Below, piece by piece: positions 17,458-25,216 of a stretch of 32,000 nucleotides of DNA. This DNA is from a bacterium (lineage in GTDB: Bacteria; Margulisbacteria; Marinamargulisbacteria; SXXA01). Position 1 is the stretch's first letter; the number at the start of each line of letters is the position of its first letter. The notes beneath the pieces are model-generated. The model was not told the origin of the DNA, made no database searches, and saw only the letters and a list, made by a program, of their open reading frames with translations. Made by a program: the position numbers and the translations under genes. The stretch is from assembly GCA_010028705.1 (NCBI GenBank), contig RHAI01000010.1:5506-37505 (forward strand), in the 5' to 3' direction.

Positions 17458-18743
17458 ACTTCGGTATTGATCCTTGATAAGTTATCTAAATTAAGTTTAG
17501 GAAGTATCAAATTGCGGATAGAAATTGGCTTGTCGGAGGTTTGTAACCCAGCGAGTTCATAGTTTTGTACGGATAATTGTTCTTTGAATTCACCAATCCA
17601 TTGTGTGAGCAACATCCGGCTGTCCGTTTTGGATGTGTTGACTTGCATCCAAACCTTTTTATCCAATACATCAAGCGTGATGCACATTTCGCCTAGATCT
17701 TGAGTTTCAAATTTTATTATGACACGGGTTTTCTGTGGGTTGTATTCAGTTTTCTTTTTCAGAGGATCTTTTCGAATTAGTAATTCGATCGATGATTTTC
17801 CGTTCATCCAGGGATTAGGGAATTGCCAGTATCCAAATCGATCAGTGATTCCTGTTTGGGCGATTTGTTCGGACATTATAGCTTGGCTTGTTAACGCTTC
17901 TAGAAATCCGCTAATGTCATGTTGTAATTGCTGAGATGCTTCGAGGATCCGTTTCGCGGAGGGCGAATCGCCATGATCCAGACCAATTTTTTGACGCAAA
18001 CCGCCTAAAAACTCAAGCATCGATTTGAAGTCATTGATTAATTCGGTCCGCGACGCGGGATTCCAGTTCGCCTTTTCCTTCGAAGATTTTGAGAACTTTT
18101 TAAGCGACTCATCTAAATCGCCGAGAATAGATGTCAGCCCTGTGAGTAGCCCTGTGGTAAATAATTCGCTGCTCCAATTCAAGTTTAATTTAAAGTTTGC
18201 CATCGCGTTTTGGAGTTGTTGAAATTGTTGGCTAATTTCAAGCTGGTTGTTAAGAAAATGGCCGATTATATCCACGCTTCTGGGTGCTTCGGCCAGGCCT
18301 TTTGATACACTGACGACCGACGATTCTAGCGAGTTATTTGCTTTTCTGCCCTTTAATAATGTTTGTACTGTCTCAAAATTTTGGGCAGATGCCTCTAAGC
18401 CAAATTGTAATATCGATGACATTATTTGGATGTTTTCCGAGGTGGGGGGATGTTTAATTTGAACAAGTTGATCCACAATGTCGGATCGTGAAATCGGGCG
18501 AGATACCGTCTCTCTGGGTTGTGTTGGGGACGTCGGATCGTTTTTAGTTGTCGGTTTTGATGCCGCCACTTTGGTGGTAGTTTCAACCGATCCAGGGGCT
18601 CCAATATTTTTGTTTATACCCTGAGCTTCCTCGATTGAAAACGTCTTTTTAATGCCCGATGTGTCATCCGCTTTGGTGGTCGGTTTGACCGAAGATTCAA
18701 AGTAACCGCCGCTTCTTCGAGAACTTGATACACCTAAATCCAT
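17454..18743 (-). CDS. FliK-like (flagellar hook-length control-like) protein
   Basis: 429 aa. The N-terminus is disordered and Thr/Pro/Ser-rich, the middle is helical, and the C-terminal block (RVIIKFETQDLGEMCITLDVLDKKVWMQVNTSKTDSRMLLTQWIGEFKEQLSVQNYEL) follows the FliK C-terminal (Flg_hook/T3S4) pattern. GAGGTG Shine-Dalgarno. Confidence 0.6.
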   Translation of the reverse strand: MDLGVSSSRRSGGYFESSVKPTTKADDTSGIKKTFSIEEAQGINKNIGAPGSVETTTKVAASKPTTKNDPTSPTQPRETVSRPISRSDIVDQLVQIKHPPTSENIQIMSSILQFGLEASAQNFETVQTLLKGRKANNSLESSVVSVSKGLAEAPRSVDIIGHFLNNQLEISQQFQQLQNAMANFKLNLNWSSELFTTGLLTGLTSILGDLDESLKKFSKSSKEKANWNPASRTELINDFKSMLEFLGGLRQKIGLDHGDSPSAKRILEASQQLQHDISGFLEALTSQAIMSEQIAQTGITDRFGYWQFPNPWMNGKSSIELLIRKDPLKKKTEYNPQKTRVIIKFETQDLGEMCITLDVLDKKVWMQVNTSKTDSRMLLTQWIGEFKEQLSVQNYELAGLQTSDKPISIRNLILPKLNLDNLSRINTEV

Positions 18744-18829
18744 CTGTCACCTCGGCACATTTTTTCCCATAACTTCCTCAAGTTAATCATCGATCGGGTG
18801 TATCGTACACACACACGAAAAAGTTGTAT

Positions 18830-19702
18830 CTAAGTCGGTCCATACTTCGGCGCTTTTGGAAGGATTGGAATGTCAAGTGCTAAGTGATATTTCGTCTCGA
18901 TTTCGTCAGTTACTTGGCCGGATTTTAGTGGGTCAAATTTTTCGATTTTGTCGACTTTCACAATACCCTTAAGGGAACTCGTTAAGAATATTTCATCGAA
19001 TCCATTTAAGTCCGCCAGTTTAATTTCGGTGGTCACTGTTGAAAATCCAAAGTCGGTACTTTTTTCCAAAATAAATCCACGTGTGACTCCCGGTAATATA
19101 AAATCTGATTTCGGAGTAAAGAGGGTTCTGCCGCGAACGAAAAAAACATTCGCGGTTGGGGTTTCTAAAATGGCGTGGGTTTCACTGAAGAGGAGCACGT
19201 CGTCGTAAGGATCGCAGAGGGATTTTTCGAGTATGTTTTTGACGTATGACAACATTTTGAACTGATCAAGCTGAATACGTTGAAAGGACTCTTGACGTAT
19301 GCCCAGATGAATTCCGACATTATACTTTGTCCGTGTGTGAGGTCGCATTACAATCAGTACCATTGGCTTTCCCATCACAATTCGGTTGGTGCCAACGGGT
19401 CGATCGCCGGGCGTGATGTAGATATTCAAGATGGCGTGGTCGGAAATGGGATTTCGGTTCATTAATTCATTGGCGATAGCGGCGACCCGGGCGAAATCGA
19501 TTGTCAATTCGATTCCCAAAATAATCGCGGAGGATTCAAGCCGGCTCCAATGCCGATCGAGCAGAATTGGGGTTTTATTGACGACCCGAACTGTCTCAAA
19601 TAATCCATAACCATACAAAAACCCATAATCATCGAATGGAAATGGAATTTTGTTTCCGGGAACGAATGCGTCATTATAGTAGACGATTGGATAGATATTC
19701 AT
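18830..19702 (-). CDS. PLP fold-type IV aminotransferase/lyase (PabC / Dat / IlvE family)
   Basis: 290 aa with GYGLFETVRV....LLDRHWSRLESSA, a Lys context FKMLSYVKNILEK aligning with the catalytic Lys of class IV enzymes, and PGVTRGFIL. Substrate cannot be assigned. Confidence 0.82.
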   Translation of the reverse strand: MNIYPIVYYNDAFVPGNKIPFPFDDYGFLYGYGLFETVRVVNKTPILLDRHWSRLESSAIILGIELTIDFARVAAIANELMNRNPISDHAILNIYITPGDRPVGTNRIVMGKPMVLIVMRPHTRTKYNVGIHLGIRQESFQRIQLDQFKMLSYVKNILEKSLCDPYDDVLLFSETHAILETPTANVFFVRGRTLFTPKSDFILPGVTRGFILEKSTDFGFSTVTTEIKLADLNGFDEIFLTSSLKGIVKVDKIEKFDPLKSGQVTDEIETKYHLALDIPILPKAPKYGPT

Positions 19703-19758
19703 AGTGACTCTTTTAAATTAGAATACACATGAACAGGCTTCAACGAAAGTAGCGGGAA

Positions 19759-21060
19759 ATGGAGAAAATGATGGTTTTGTCTGAACAAATGTTTCAATCT
19801 GCTCGCCGGATATTAGTCGGTGGGGTAAATAGCCCGGTACGAGCATTTAAGAGTGTGGGTGGAACCCCTGTCTTCTTTAAAGAAGGTTACGGGTCTCGGT
19901 TAGTGTCCGTTGATGATCATGAATTTATTGATTACGTACTCTCGTGGGGGCCAATGATTTTGGGTCACGCATTTCCTCCGGTTGTCGAGTCGATTGTATC
20001 TGCGGTTCACCGAGGCCTGTCGTTTGGAGCTCCGACTGAAGCGGAGACAATTTTGGCCGATTTGATTCACGAATTTTTCCCCTCAATGGAGCGAGTGCGT
20101 TTTGTCAATTCCGGAACCGAAGCCTGTATGAGCGCGATTCGTTTAGCTCGGGGTGTTACGGGGCGCCGCCGAATACTAAAATTCGAAGGGTGTTACCATG
20201 GTCACGCCGATGCGTTATTAGTTAAAGCCGGGTCCGGTGGACTGACTCTTGGGTGTCCGGATAGTGCGGGGGTGTTAAGTGAGTGGGCGCAGTGGACATC
20301 GATCGCGCCTTACAACGATTTGGAGTCGGTTCGTAAGTTGTTTGCGAACGTTGGGGATGATATTGCTGCAATTATTGTGGAGCCAGTTGTTGGAAATATG
20401 GGTGTGGTGCCGCCCAACCCAGGATTCTTACAAGGCCTCCGTGACATCGCGAGTGCTCATGGGACTCTGTTAATTTTTGACGAAGTGATGACCGGATTCC
20501 GAGTCGCGCTGAAAGGGGCCCAACATAAGTATGGGGTAGTGCCAGATATTACGTGTTTAGGAAAGGTGGTTGGGGGTGGATTGCCATGTGCTGCATACGG
20601 TGGCCGGGCCGAATTCATGGAATATTTGGCGCCTGTGGGCCCGGTCTATCAGGCTGGAACGTTATCGGGCAATCCCGTCGCAATGGCAGCGGGCATTTCG
20701 ACGCTTACAGCATTAAAGACGAGTAATCACTTTGAACGAGCGGAATCGCATGCATCACATATTGTTGCCGGGATGCGCCAGTGGATAACGGCTCATGGTT
20801 TGCCGTTGACTGTTAGTCAGGTGGGGACGATGTGGACTCTGTTTTTTTCAGATACGACGGTTTTTAATTTAGCCACTGCACAACGGTCGGATACCAGACG
20901 GTTTTCGCTATATTATCGTGCAATGTTAGACCGGGGCGTTTACCTTGCACCCTCACAATTTGAATCTAATTTCACCTCGTCTGCCCACACGCTCACTGAT
21001 GCGGACTTTTTTATTAGTTCATTTGAGAAGAGTTTGGATTTGGAAATATTCGGGAAATAA
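19759..21060 (+). CDS. hemL: glutamate-1-semialdehyde 2,1-aminomutase
   Basis: 433 aa with GGVNSPVRAF, DYVLSWGPMILGH, FDEVMTGFR and the PLP-Lys context CLGKVVGGGLP. ATG 19771, with GGAG 6 nt upstream, is an alternative start. Confidence 0.93.
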   Translation: MEKMMVLSEQMFQSARRILVGGVNSPVRAFKSVGGTPVFFKEGYGSRLVSVDDHEFIDYVLSWGPMILGHAFPPVVESIVSAVHRGLSFGAPTEAETILADLIHEFFPSMERVRFVNSGTEACMSAIRLARGVTGRRRILKFEGCYHGHADALLVKAGSGGLTLGCPDSAGVLSEWAQWTSIAPYNDLESVRKLFANVGDDIAAIIVEPVVGNMGVVPPNPGFLQGLRDIASAHGTLLIFDEVMTGFRVALKGAQHKYGVVPDITCLGKVVGGGLPCAAYGGRAEFMEYLAPVGPVYQAGTLSGNPVAMAAGISTLTALKTSNHFERAESHASHIVAGMRQWITAHGLPLTVSQVGTMWTLFFSDTTVFNLATAQRSDTRRFSLYYRAMLDRGVYLAPSQFESNFTSSAHTLTDADFFISSFEKSLDLEIFGK

Positions 21061-21125
21061 TGGTCCATTCATTCATTTCACATTCGAATGTGTTGATGCC
21101 TATTTCGATATTGCGCTTGCTCGTT

Positions 21126-21131
21126 TATAAT
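21126..21131 (+). promoter_or_regulatory. candidate -10 box (TATAAT) for the TPR/FliG-like/motAB operon
   Basis: A perfect TATAAT lies 28 nt upstream of ATG 21160. Only a weak -35 (TTTCGA at 17-nt spacing) is present. Confidence 0.25.
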
Positions 21132-21159
21132 GAGGCAATCGCGAAGGGAGTTTGAAGTT

Positions 21160-22191
21160 ATGGGTTCTGAAATTAAGGGTAGTTTCAATACCGTTTTGAT
21201 ACTTGCGTGGTCCGTGGGGTTCCTAATCGTGGGTTCTCCATTATTGCTTGCTCAAACGGCGGTTTCGTCTCCTTTGAAGCAATCGCAAGCTGCCGCTGCA
21301 TCATCGCTGAAGAAAGAGGCTCCCCTGACGGATGATGAAATTTTCCAGTTTCAACAAAAATACAAAGACGCCCTGGCCGCCAAACGATTTGACGAGGCCT
21401 TGATTTTGGTCCGTAAGTTGCCTGATTCAAGCCTGTCTCGGCCTCAGCGCAAAGAAATGACATCATTGCTACTGTTTGATTCAGTCGAACAAAAAGTGGC
21501 GAGTTCATCGTCCATGTTTGCCAAAGAAGACGAGTTGGATGATGCGACAAAAAAGATGGTTCAGAAGTTATATAAAGAGGCGGAATCAGCGTTTATTACG
21601 AACCAAACGGAATTGTCCCGTGATATTTTGATTCATATTTTATTCCTGCATCGTCAGAATCTCCGGGCTAAATTTTTGTTAGAAGAAGGGCTTGATTTGA
21701 AAGCAGGGTCATACAAGATTGAAAATATGGAGGCGAAATACTGGAATAAATCCTCTATTAGCTTTTATGGTGGAAATTACCAGCAGTCTGTTGATTGTCT
21801 CCAAGCATTGTCCTTTTTCGACAAGGATAACCCAACTGTTTATGAACGTATGGGCTCGGCGTATTACATGATGGGCGAAAAAGAGCGTGCGATTAGCGCC
21901 TGGAACACGGTGCTTTTCTTGGATCCAGGAAACGCTGAGATTCAAGAGATAATTAAAAAAACTCAAGAGATGATTGCCGAGGATAAGGAAGAAGCTAAGC
22001 GGGACCGAGCCAAGCCAAAGGCGGCGCAAAATGTTAACCTTGCAGATACTCAATTAATGGGGAAGTTTCCGAAGCAGGATCAAGCGTATGAGTTTGCTAA
22101 CTCATTACGTAAGCAAGGGGTCGATGCAATCGTTACGGAAGAAGATGATGGGAAATGGGCCGTTCGGACCCCCAAAAAAGGATCGAAATAG
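21160..22191 (+). CDS. membrane-anchored or secreted TPR-repeat protein with a short SPOR-like C-terminus
   Basis: Hydrophobic N-terminal segment (FNTVLILAWSVGFLIVGSPLLLAQ). TPR units include YGGNYQQSVDCLQALSFFDKDNPTVYERMGSAYYMMGEKERAISAWNTVLFLDPGN. The C-terminal QLMGKFPKQDQAYEFANSLRKQGVDAIVTEEDDGKWAVRT has a beta-alpha-beta-beta pattern like half a SPOR domain. The ORF track starts at 21130, but ATG 21160 has a GGGAG Shine-Dalgarno 9 nt upstream. Confidence 0.7.
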   Translation: MGSEIKGSFNTVLILAWSVGFLIVGSPLLLAQTAVSSPLKQSQAAAASSLKKEAPLTDDEIFQFQQKYKDALAAKRFDEALILVRKLPDSSLSRPQRKEMTSLLLFDSVEQKVASSSSMFAKEDELDDATKKMVQKLYKEAESAFITNQTELSRDILIHILFLHRQNLRAKFLLEEGLDLKAGSYKIENMEAKYWNKSSISFYGGNYQQSVDCLQALSFFDKDNPTVYERMGSAYYMMGEKERAISAWNTVLFLDPGNAEIQEIIKKTQEMIAEDKEEAKRDRAKPKAAQNVNLADTQLMGKFPKQDQAYEFANSLRKQGVDAIVTEEDDGKWAVRTPKKGSK

Positions 22192-22203
22192 AAAGGGATT
22201 ATT

Positions 22204-23664
22204 ATGCTCAAGTGCTTGTCTCGGTTGTTTGTAGTATTGGTTAGTCTAATTCTTGCAATTCCGATTTTTGCGAGTCCAGACCAAATTGCCATTGAAGAGC
22301 AGTTGGCAACACGCTTACAGAGGTCATTAGATTCTATTTATGGACCGAACAACTTTGTTGTCCGAGTTGATGTTTCGTTGTCGGCCCCGAGTTATCAGGT
22401 TCGTTATACGGCTCAATCGAAAGCCGCTGTTTCTGGCGAGTCAAAGACTTCGGCAAAAGTTAACATTATGCCTGGATATCCGGTGATTAGAAATTTAGGT
22501 CCCGAGACGATGAAACAGCTTCCGTTTGATTCGGTTACTACCTATGCGACTCCGGCGTTGCAATCGATTACTGTGCACCTGCTCATTAACAAGTCTTTCC
22601 CCAAAAGTCAGGCTGGTCGGGCCCAAGCTATTGTCAAAGAACTTCTAAATTGGAAAGATGGTCGCGATAAAATTGAGGTTGCCTATAAGCCGTTTATTGA
22701 TCAAGCGGCACCCGTTCAAAAAATCGAAATCGAAAATCAAGGCGACAAATTGTTTTCGACTCAAAATATTTTCTACATGATTTTCGCCGGTTTGGCACTA
22801 GTTTTTATGATGCTTTATGGGTATTTTTCGGGTCGGACATCGAAGACGCTCAATGCTCTGTCCGTGGCCGGGCCGGCTAGTTCTGGCGGTGGAGGTGGCG
22901 CCGCTCCAAGCGTAACCGTCAGCCCGTCGATTGAGCTTCCCAAGGGTTCCGGAGGTGGTGGCGATATTAAAATTTCGAACGCACCCCCCGTTAAGCAATA
23001 TTTCGATTTTATTAGTGACGATACGTTGGATAAGCTCACCTATCTCTTAAAAAAAGAGAATGTTGGTCCTGATAATCTTAGCCTAATCGTTGGTTTTTTA
23101 CGTCCCGATTTGGCGGCTAAGCTATTGACCCAATTTGATGTGAAGATACAGGCCGCAATTGCCTTGAATATTATCGATCAAAAAATGATTAATCGGGCGG
23201 TACTCGATAAATTAGAATCTCAAATAAAAGGAGCAATCGAGTGTCTGAGCGGTGGCGAATTATCATTCAAATCGATTTATTCAACAGTCTCTAGCTCAAA
23301 TAAAAAACAGCTGTTAGCCCTTCTCGAAAAATCCTCACCCGAAGGATTTAAGAAAGTTCGGAATAATATCGTGCTGTTTGATGATTTAGCAGTTCTTGAT
23401 GACGAAGAAATTAAATTATTGTTATCTGAGGTCCGTGCCGAATTGTTTGCTGTAGCTTTGGCCTCATCGGATCCTAATCTGTACGATCGGTTTGATCGCA
23501 ATATGACCCGAAACGCCAAGGAAGTTATATCCCAGTTTTTAGAGATTCGAGGCGCCAATATTGGTGTTGATGAGATTGAAAAAGCACGCACCAATATTTT
23601 AGATATTGCACTGCGGTTGGAGCGAGACGGACGAGTTCAGATCTCCGCTAAATTGCGGAAGTAA
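22204..23664 (+). CDS. membrane protein: periplasmic FliF/YscJ-like ring-building module + TM helix + Gly-rich linker + FliG-like middle and C-terminal domains
   Basis: 486 aa. Signal/anchor is MLKCLSRLFVVLVSLILAIPIFA. RBM-like pattern: IEEQLATRLQRSLDSIYG..FVVRVDVSLS ... ITVHLLINKS....AGRAQAIVKELLN...KIEVAYKPF. TM helix is IFYMIFAGLALVFMMLYGYF followed by R/K. Linker is SSGGGGGAAP...GSGGGG. ARM-like segment is LSLIVGFLRPDLAAKLLTQFDVKIQAAIALNII. The C-terminus (VLFDDLAVLDDEEIKLLLSEVRAELFAVALASSDPNLYDRFDRNMTRNAKEVISQFLEIRGANIGVDEIEKARTNILDIALRLERDGRVQI) is collinear with the FliG C-terminal domain. Confidence 0.65.
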   Translation: MLKCLSRLFVVLVSLILAIPIFASPDQIAIEEQLATRLQRSLDSIYGPNNFVVRVDVSLSAPSYQVRYTAQSKAAVSGESKTSAKVNIMPGYPVIRNLGPETMKQLPFDSVTTYATPALQSITVHLLINKSFPKSQAGRAQAIVKELLNWKDGRDKIEVAYKPFIDQAAPVQKIEIENQGDKLFSTQNIFYMIFAGLALVFMMLYGYFSGRTSKTLNALSVAGPASSGGGGGAAPSVTVSPSIELPKGSGGGGDIKISNAPPVKQYFDFISDDTLDKLTYLLKKENVGPDNLSLIVGFLRPDLAAKLLTQFDVKIQAAIALNIIDQKMINRAVLDKLESQIKGAIECLSGGELSFKSIYSTVSSSNKKQLLALLEKSSPEGFKKVRNNIVLFDDLAVLDDEEIKLLLSEVRAELFAVALASSDPNLYDRFDRNMTRNAKEVISQFLEIRGANIGVDEIEKARTNILDIALRLERDGRVQISAKLRK

Positions 23665-23685
23665 TTTAGAGGAAAGGAGTAGGGC

Positions 23686-24459
23686 ATGATAGGACTGTAT
23701 GTTGGGTTTTTAGTTGTATTATGGATTATGTTTGAGTTAATCGGAGTCGATGCGAACGCCAAGCTGTTTTTGAGTAAAGAAGCCTCGGTTGTCGTTGTGG
23801 GGGGGTTAGTTAGTGCGACGTTAATTAATTTCCCAATTACCCAGGTCAAAAAAATTGGAAGCTGGATGAAGGTCGTATTTAAGGCTCCCAAAAAAGATTT
23901 TTTGGAGGAAATTGCCTTATTGCTTCGCTTATCGCAAAAGATGAGTCGAGAGGGTAGACAATCGTTGGAGCCTGAAATTGAAAAGATAAATGACGGGTTT
24001 TTGAAGGCGGCGATGACTCTAGTCATGAATCGCGTGGAACCCCGTGAAATTAAAAGCTTGCTTAAAGAAATGATTGAACAGTCAGGAAGCCGTCACGAGC
24101 AGGGTATTCATTATTTTGAACAAATGGCCAAGTATTCTCCTGGATTAGCATTGATTGGTACGCTTTCCGGGTTGGTAAAATTATTGGCCAACGTATCTGA
24201 TCCGAAGACAATTGGTCCGAACATGGCTTTGGCACTGGTGTGTACATTTTATGGTGTAACATCGGCTAATTTGATATTTTTACCGATGTCTGGCCGATTA
24301 AAGGTCTCAAGTCACGTTGAAGCGATTCATAAGGAGCAACTTGTTGAGGCGGTTGTCGCAATGGCATCGGATGAACTTCCGATTGTTGTTCAAGAGAAAC
24401 TTTACATGTTGCTAACCTCCAAAGATCGCACCTTGGTAAGTAAAAAGCTAGGAGTTTAA
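23686..24459 (+). CDS. motA: flagellar-type stator protein MotA/PomA
   Basis: 257 aa. It has four TM segments with a large loop between TM2 and TM3. Conserved Pro-containing helices are YSPGLALIGTLSGL and ALALVCTFYGVTSANLIFLPMSGRLK. Strong GGAAAGGAG Shine-Dalgarno. Confidence 0.85.
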   Translation: MIGLYVGFLVVLWIMFELIGVDANAKLFLSKEASVVVVGGLVSATLINFPITQVKKIGSWMKVVFKAPKKDFLEEIALLLRLSQKMSREGRQSLEPEIEKINDGFLKAAMTLVMNRVEPREIKSLLKEMIEQSGSRHEQGIHYFEQMAKYSPGLALIGTLSGLVKLLANVSDPKTIGPNMALALVCTFYGVTSANLIFLPMSGRLKVSSHVEAIHKEQLVEAVVAMASDELPIVVQEKLYMLLTSKDRTLVSKKLGV

Positions 24460-24462
24460 TTC

Positions 24463-25209
24463 ATGGGACAGAAATTCCAAACGGAAGTAGAAAATTTTTA
24501 TGTTTCGTTTTCGGACTTGCTGTCTCTTCTATTAATTTTTTTCGTATATCTGTTTTCGATGTCGTCTATTGATTCCGAAAAGTATACCCAGGCGTCAGAG
24601 TCCATTAGCCAGGAGTTTTCAAGCGAGCAAAAAAATAGTGGTAATATGCCCTATAGTATACCAGTTCCCCCGGGGGGGCAGGCGGATAAACGAATGCGGA
24701 GTGCAGAAGGTATACTGGTGTCTAAGTTAAAAGCCCAGATTGAGAGTGAAAAACTTGACGGCCAGGCCAAATTAGAGATTTCCCCCAAGTCTGTTAAGGT
24801 GGTCTTATCCTCCCCGGTGTTGTTTGCGTCCGGGAGTTCCGATCTTAGTGCTGAAGGTGCTGTATTGCTTGGAAAATTTGGTCCCATTATTAAGCAAGTC
24901 TTGAATCCTGTTGTTATTGAAGGATTCACTGATAACGTTCCTATTCACAATAGTCGCTTCGACAGCAACTGGGAGTTGTCGTTTCAACGGACCTTGTCTG
25001 TAATGAGGTATTTTATCGACAAGTTTTCCTTCAGTCCCGAACAATTGTCCGGGACAGGTTTTGGTCAGTATCGCCCTTTAGTACCCAATACTTCGGACGA
25101 AAACCGAGCCCGAAATCGTAGGATTGAAATATCTATAATTAGAGACTATAACCTTCCGGAGATAGCCCCTGATAAGGTCCTTGAAAAGGATCCTCCCAAA
25201 TCTAAATAA
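24463..25209 (+). CDS. motB: flagellar-type stator protein MotB (OmpA-like peptidoglycan-binding C-terminus)
   Basis: 248 aa. The N-terminal TM carries the conserved channel Asp (YVSFSDLLSLLLIFFV). The OmpA-like domain is VVIEGFTDNVPI....SNWELSFQRTLSVMRYF....GFGQYRPLVPNTSDENRARNRRIEISI. Starts 3 nt after motA. Confidence 0.85.
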   Translation: MGQKFQTEVENFYVSFSDLLSLLLIFFVYLFSMSSIDSEKYTQASESISQEFSSEQKNSGNMPYSIPVPPGGQADKRMRSAEGILVSKLKAQIESEKLDGQAKLEISPKSVKVVLSSPVLFASGSSDLSAEGAVLLGKFGPIIKQVLNPVVIEGFTDNVPIHNSRFDSNWELSFQRTLSVMRYFIDKFSFSPEQLSGTGFGQYRPLVPNTSDENRARNRRIEISIIRDYNLPEIAPDKVLEKDPPKSK

Positions 25210-25216
25210 TTCCCTT

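Noticed and set aside
18807-18816. (AC)5 microrepeat in the spacer between the aminotransferase and fliK-like genes
   Set aside because: It is too short to count as a meaningful repeat element and has no flanking structure.
21185-22053. Minus-strand ORFs of 121 and 114 aa
   Set aside because: They are antisense to the TPR protein gene, which has coherent TPR repeats and a proper Shine-Dalgarno. There is no independent support.
23277-24026. Minus-strand ORFs of 105 and 129 aa
   Set aside because: They are antisense to the FliG-like C-terminus and to motA. The sequence is Ser/Asn/Thr-rich and low-complexity, and the sense-strand genes have strong family motifs.
23686-25209. Alternative reading of MotA/MotB as a Zorya-type defence pair or as ExbBD/TolQR
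   Set aside because: MotA is 257 aa with four TM segments and a large TM2-TM3 loop, and it has no long ZorA-like tail. MotB has an OmpA-like peptidoglycan-binding domain, unlike ExbD/TolR. No ZorC/D-like, TonB or TolA genes are adjacent. The flagellar-type stator reading is the best fit.
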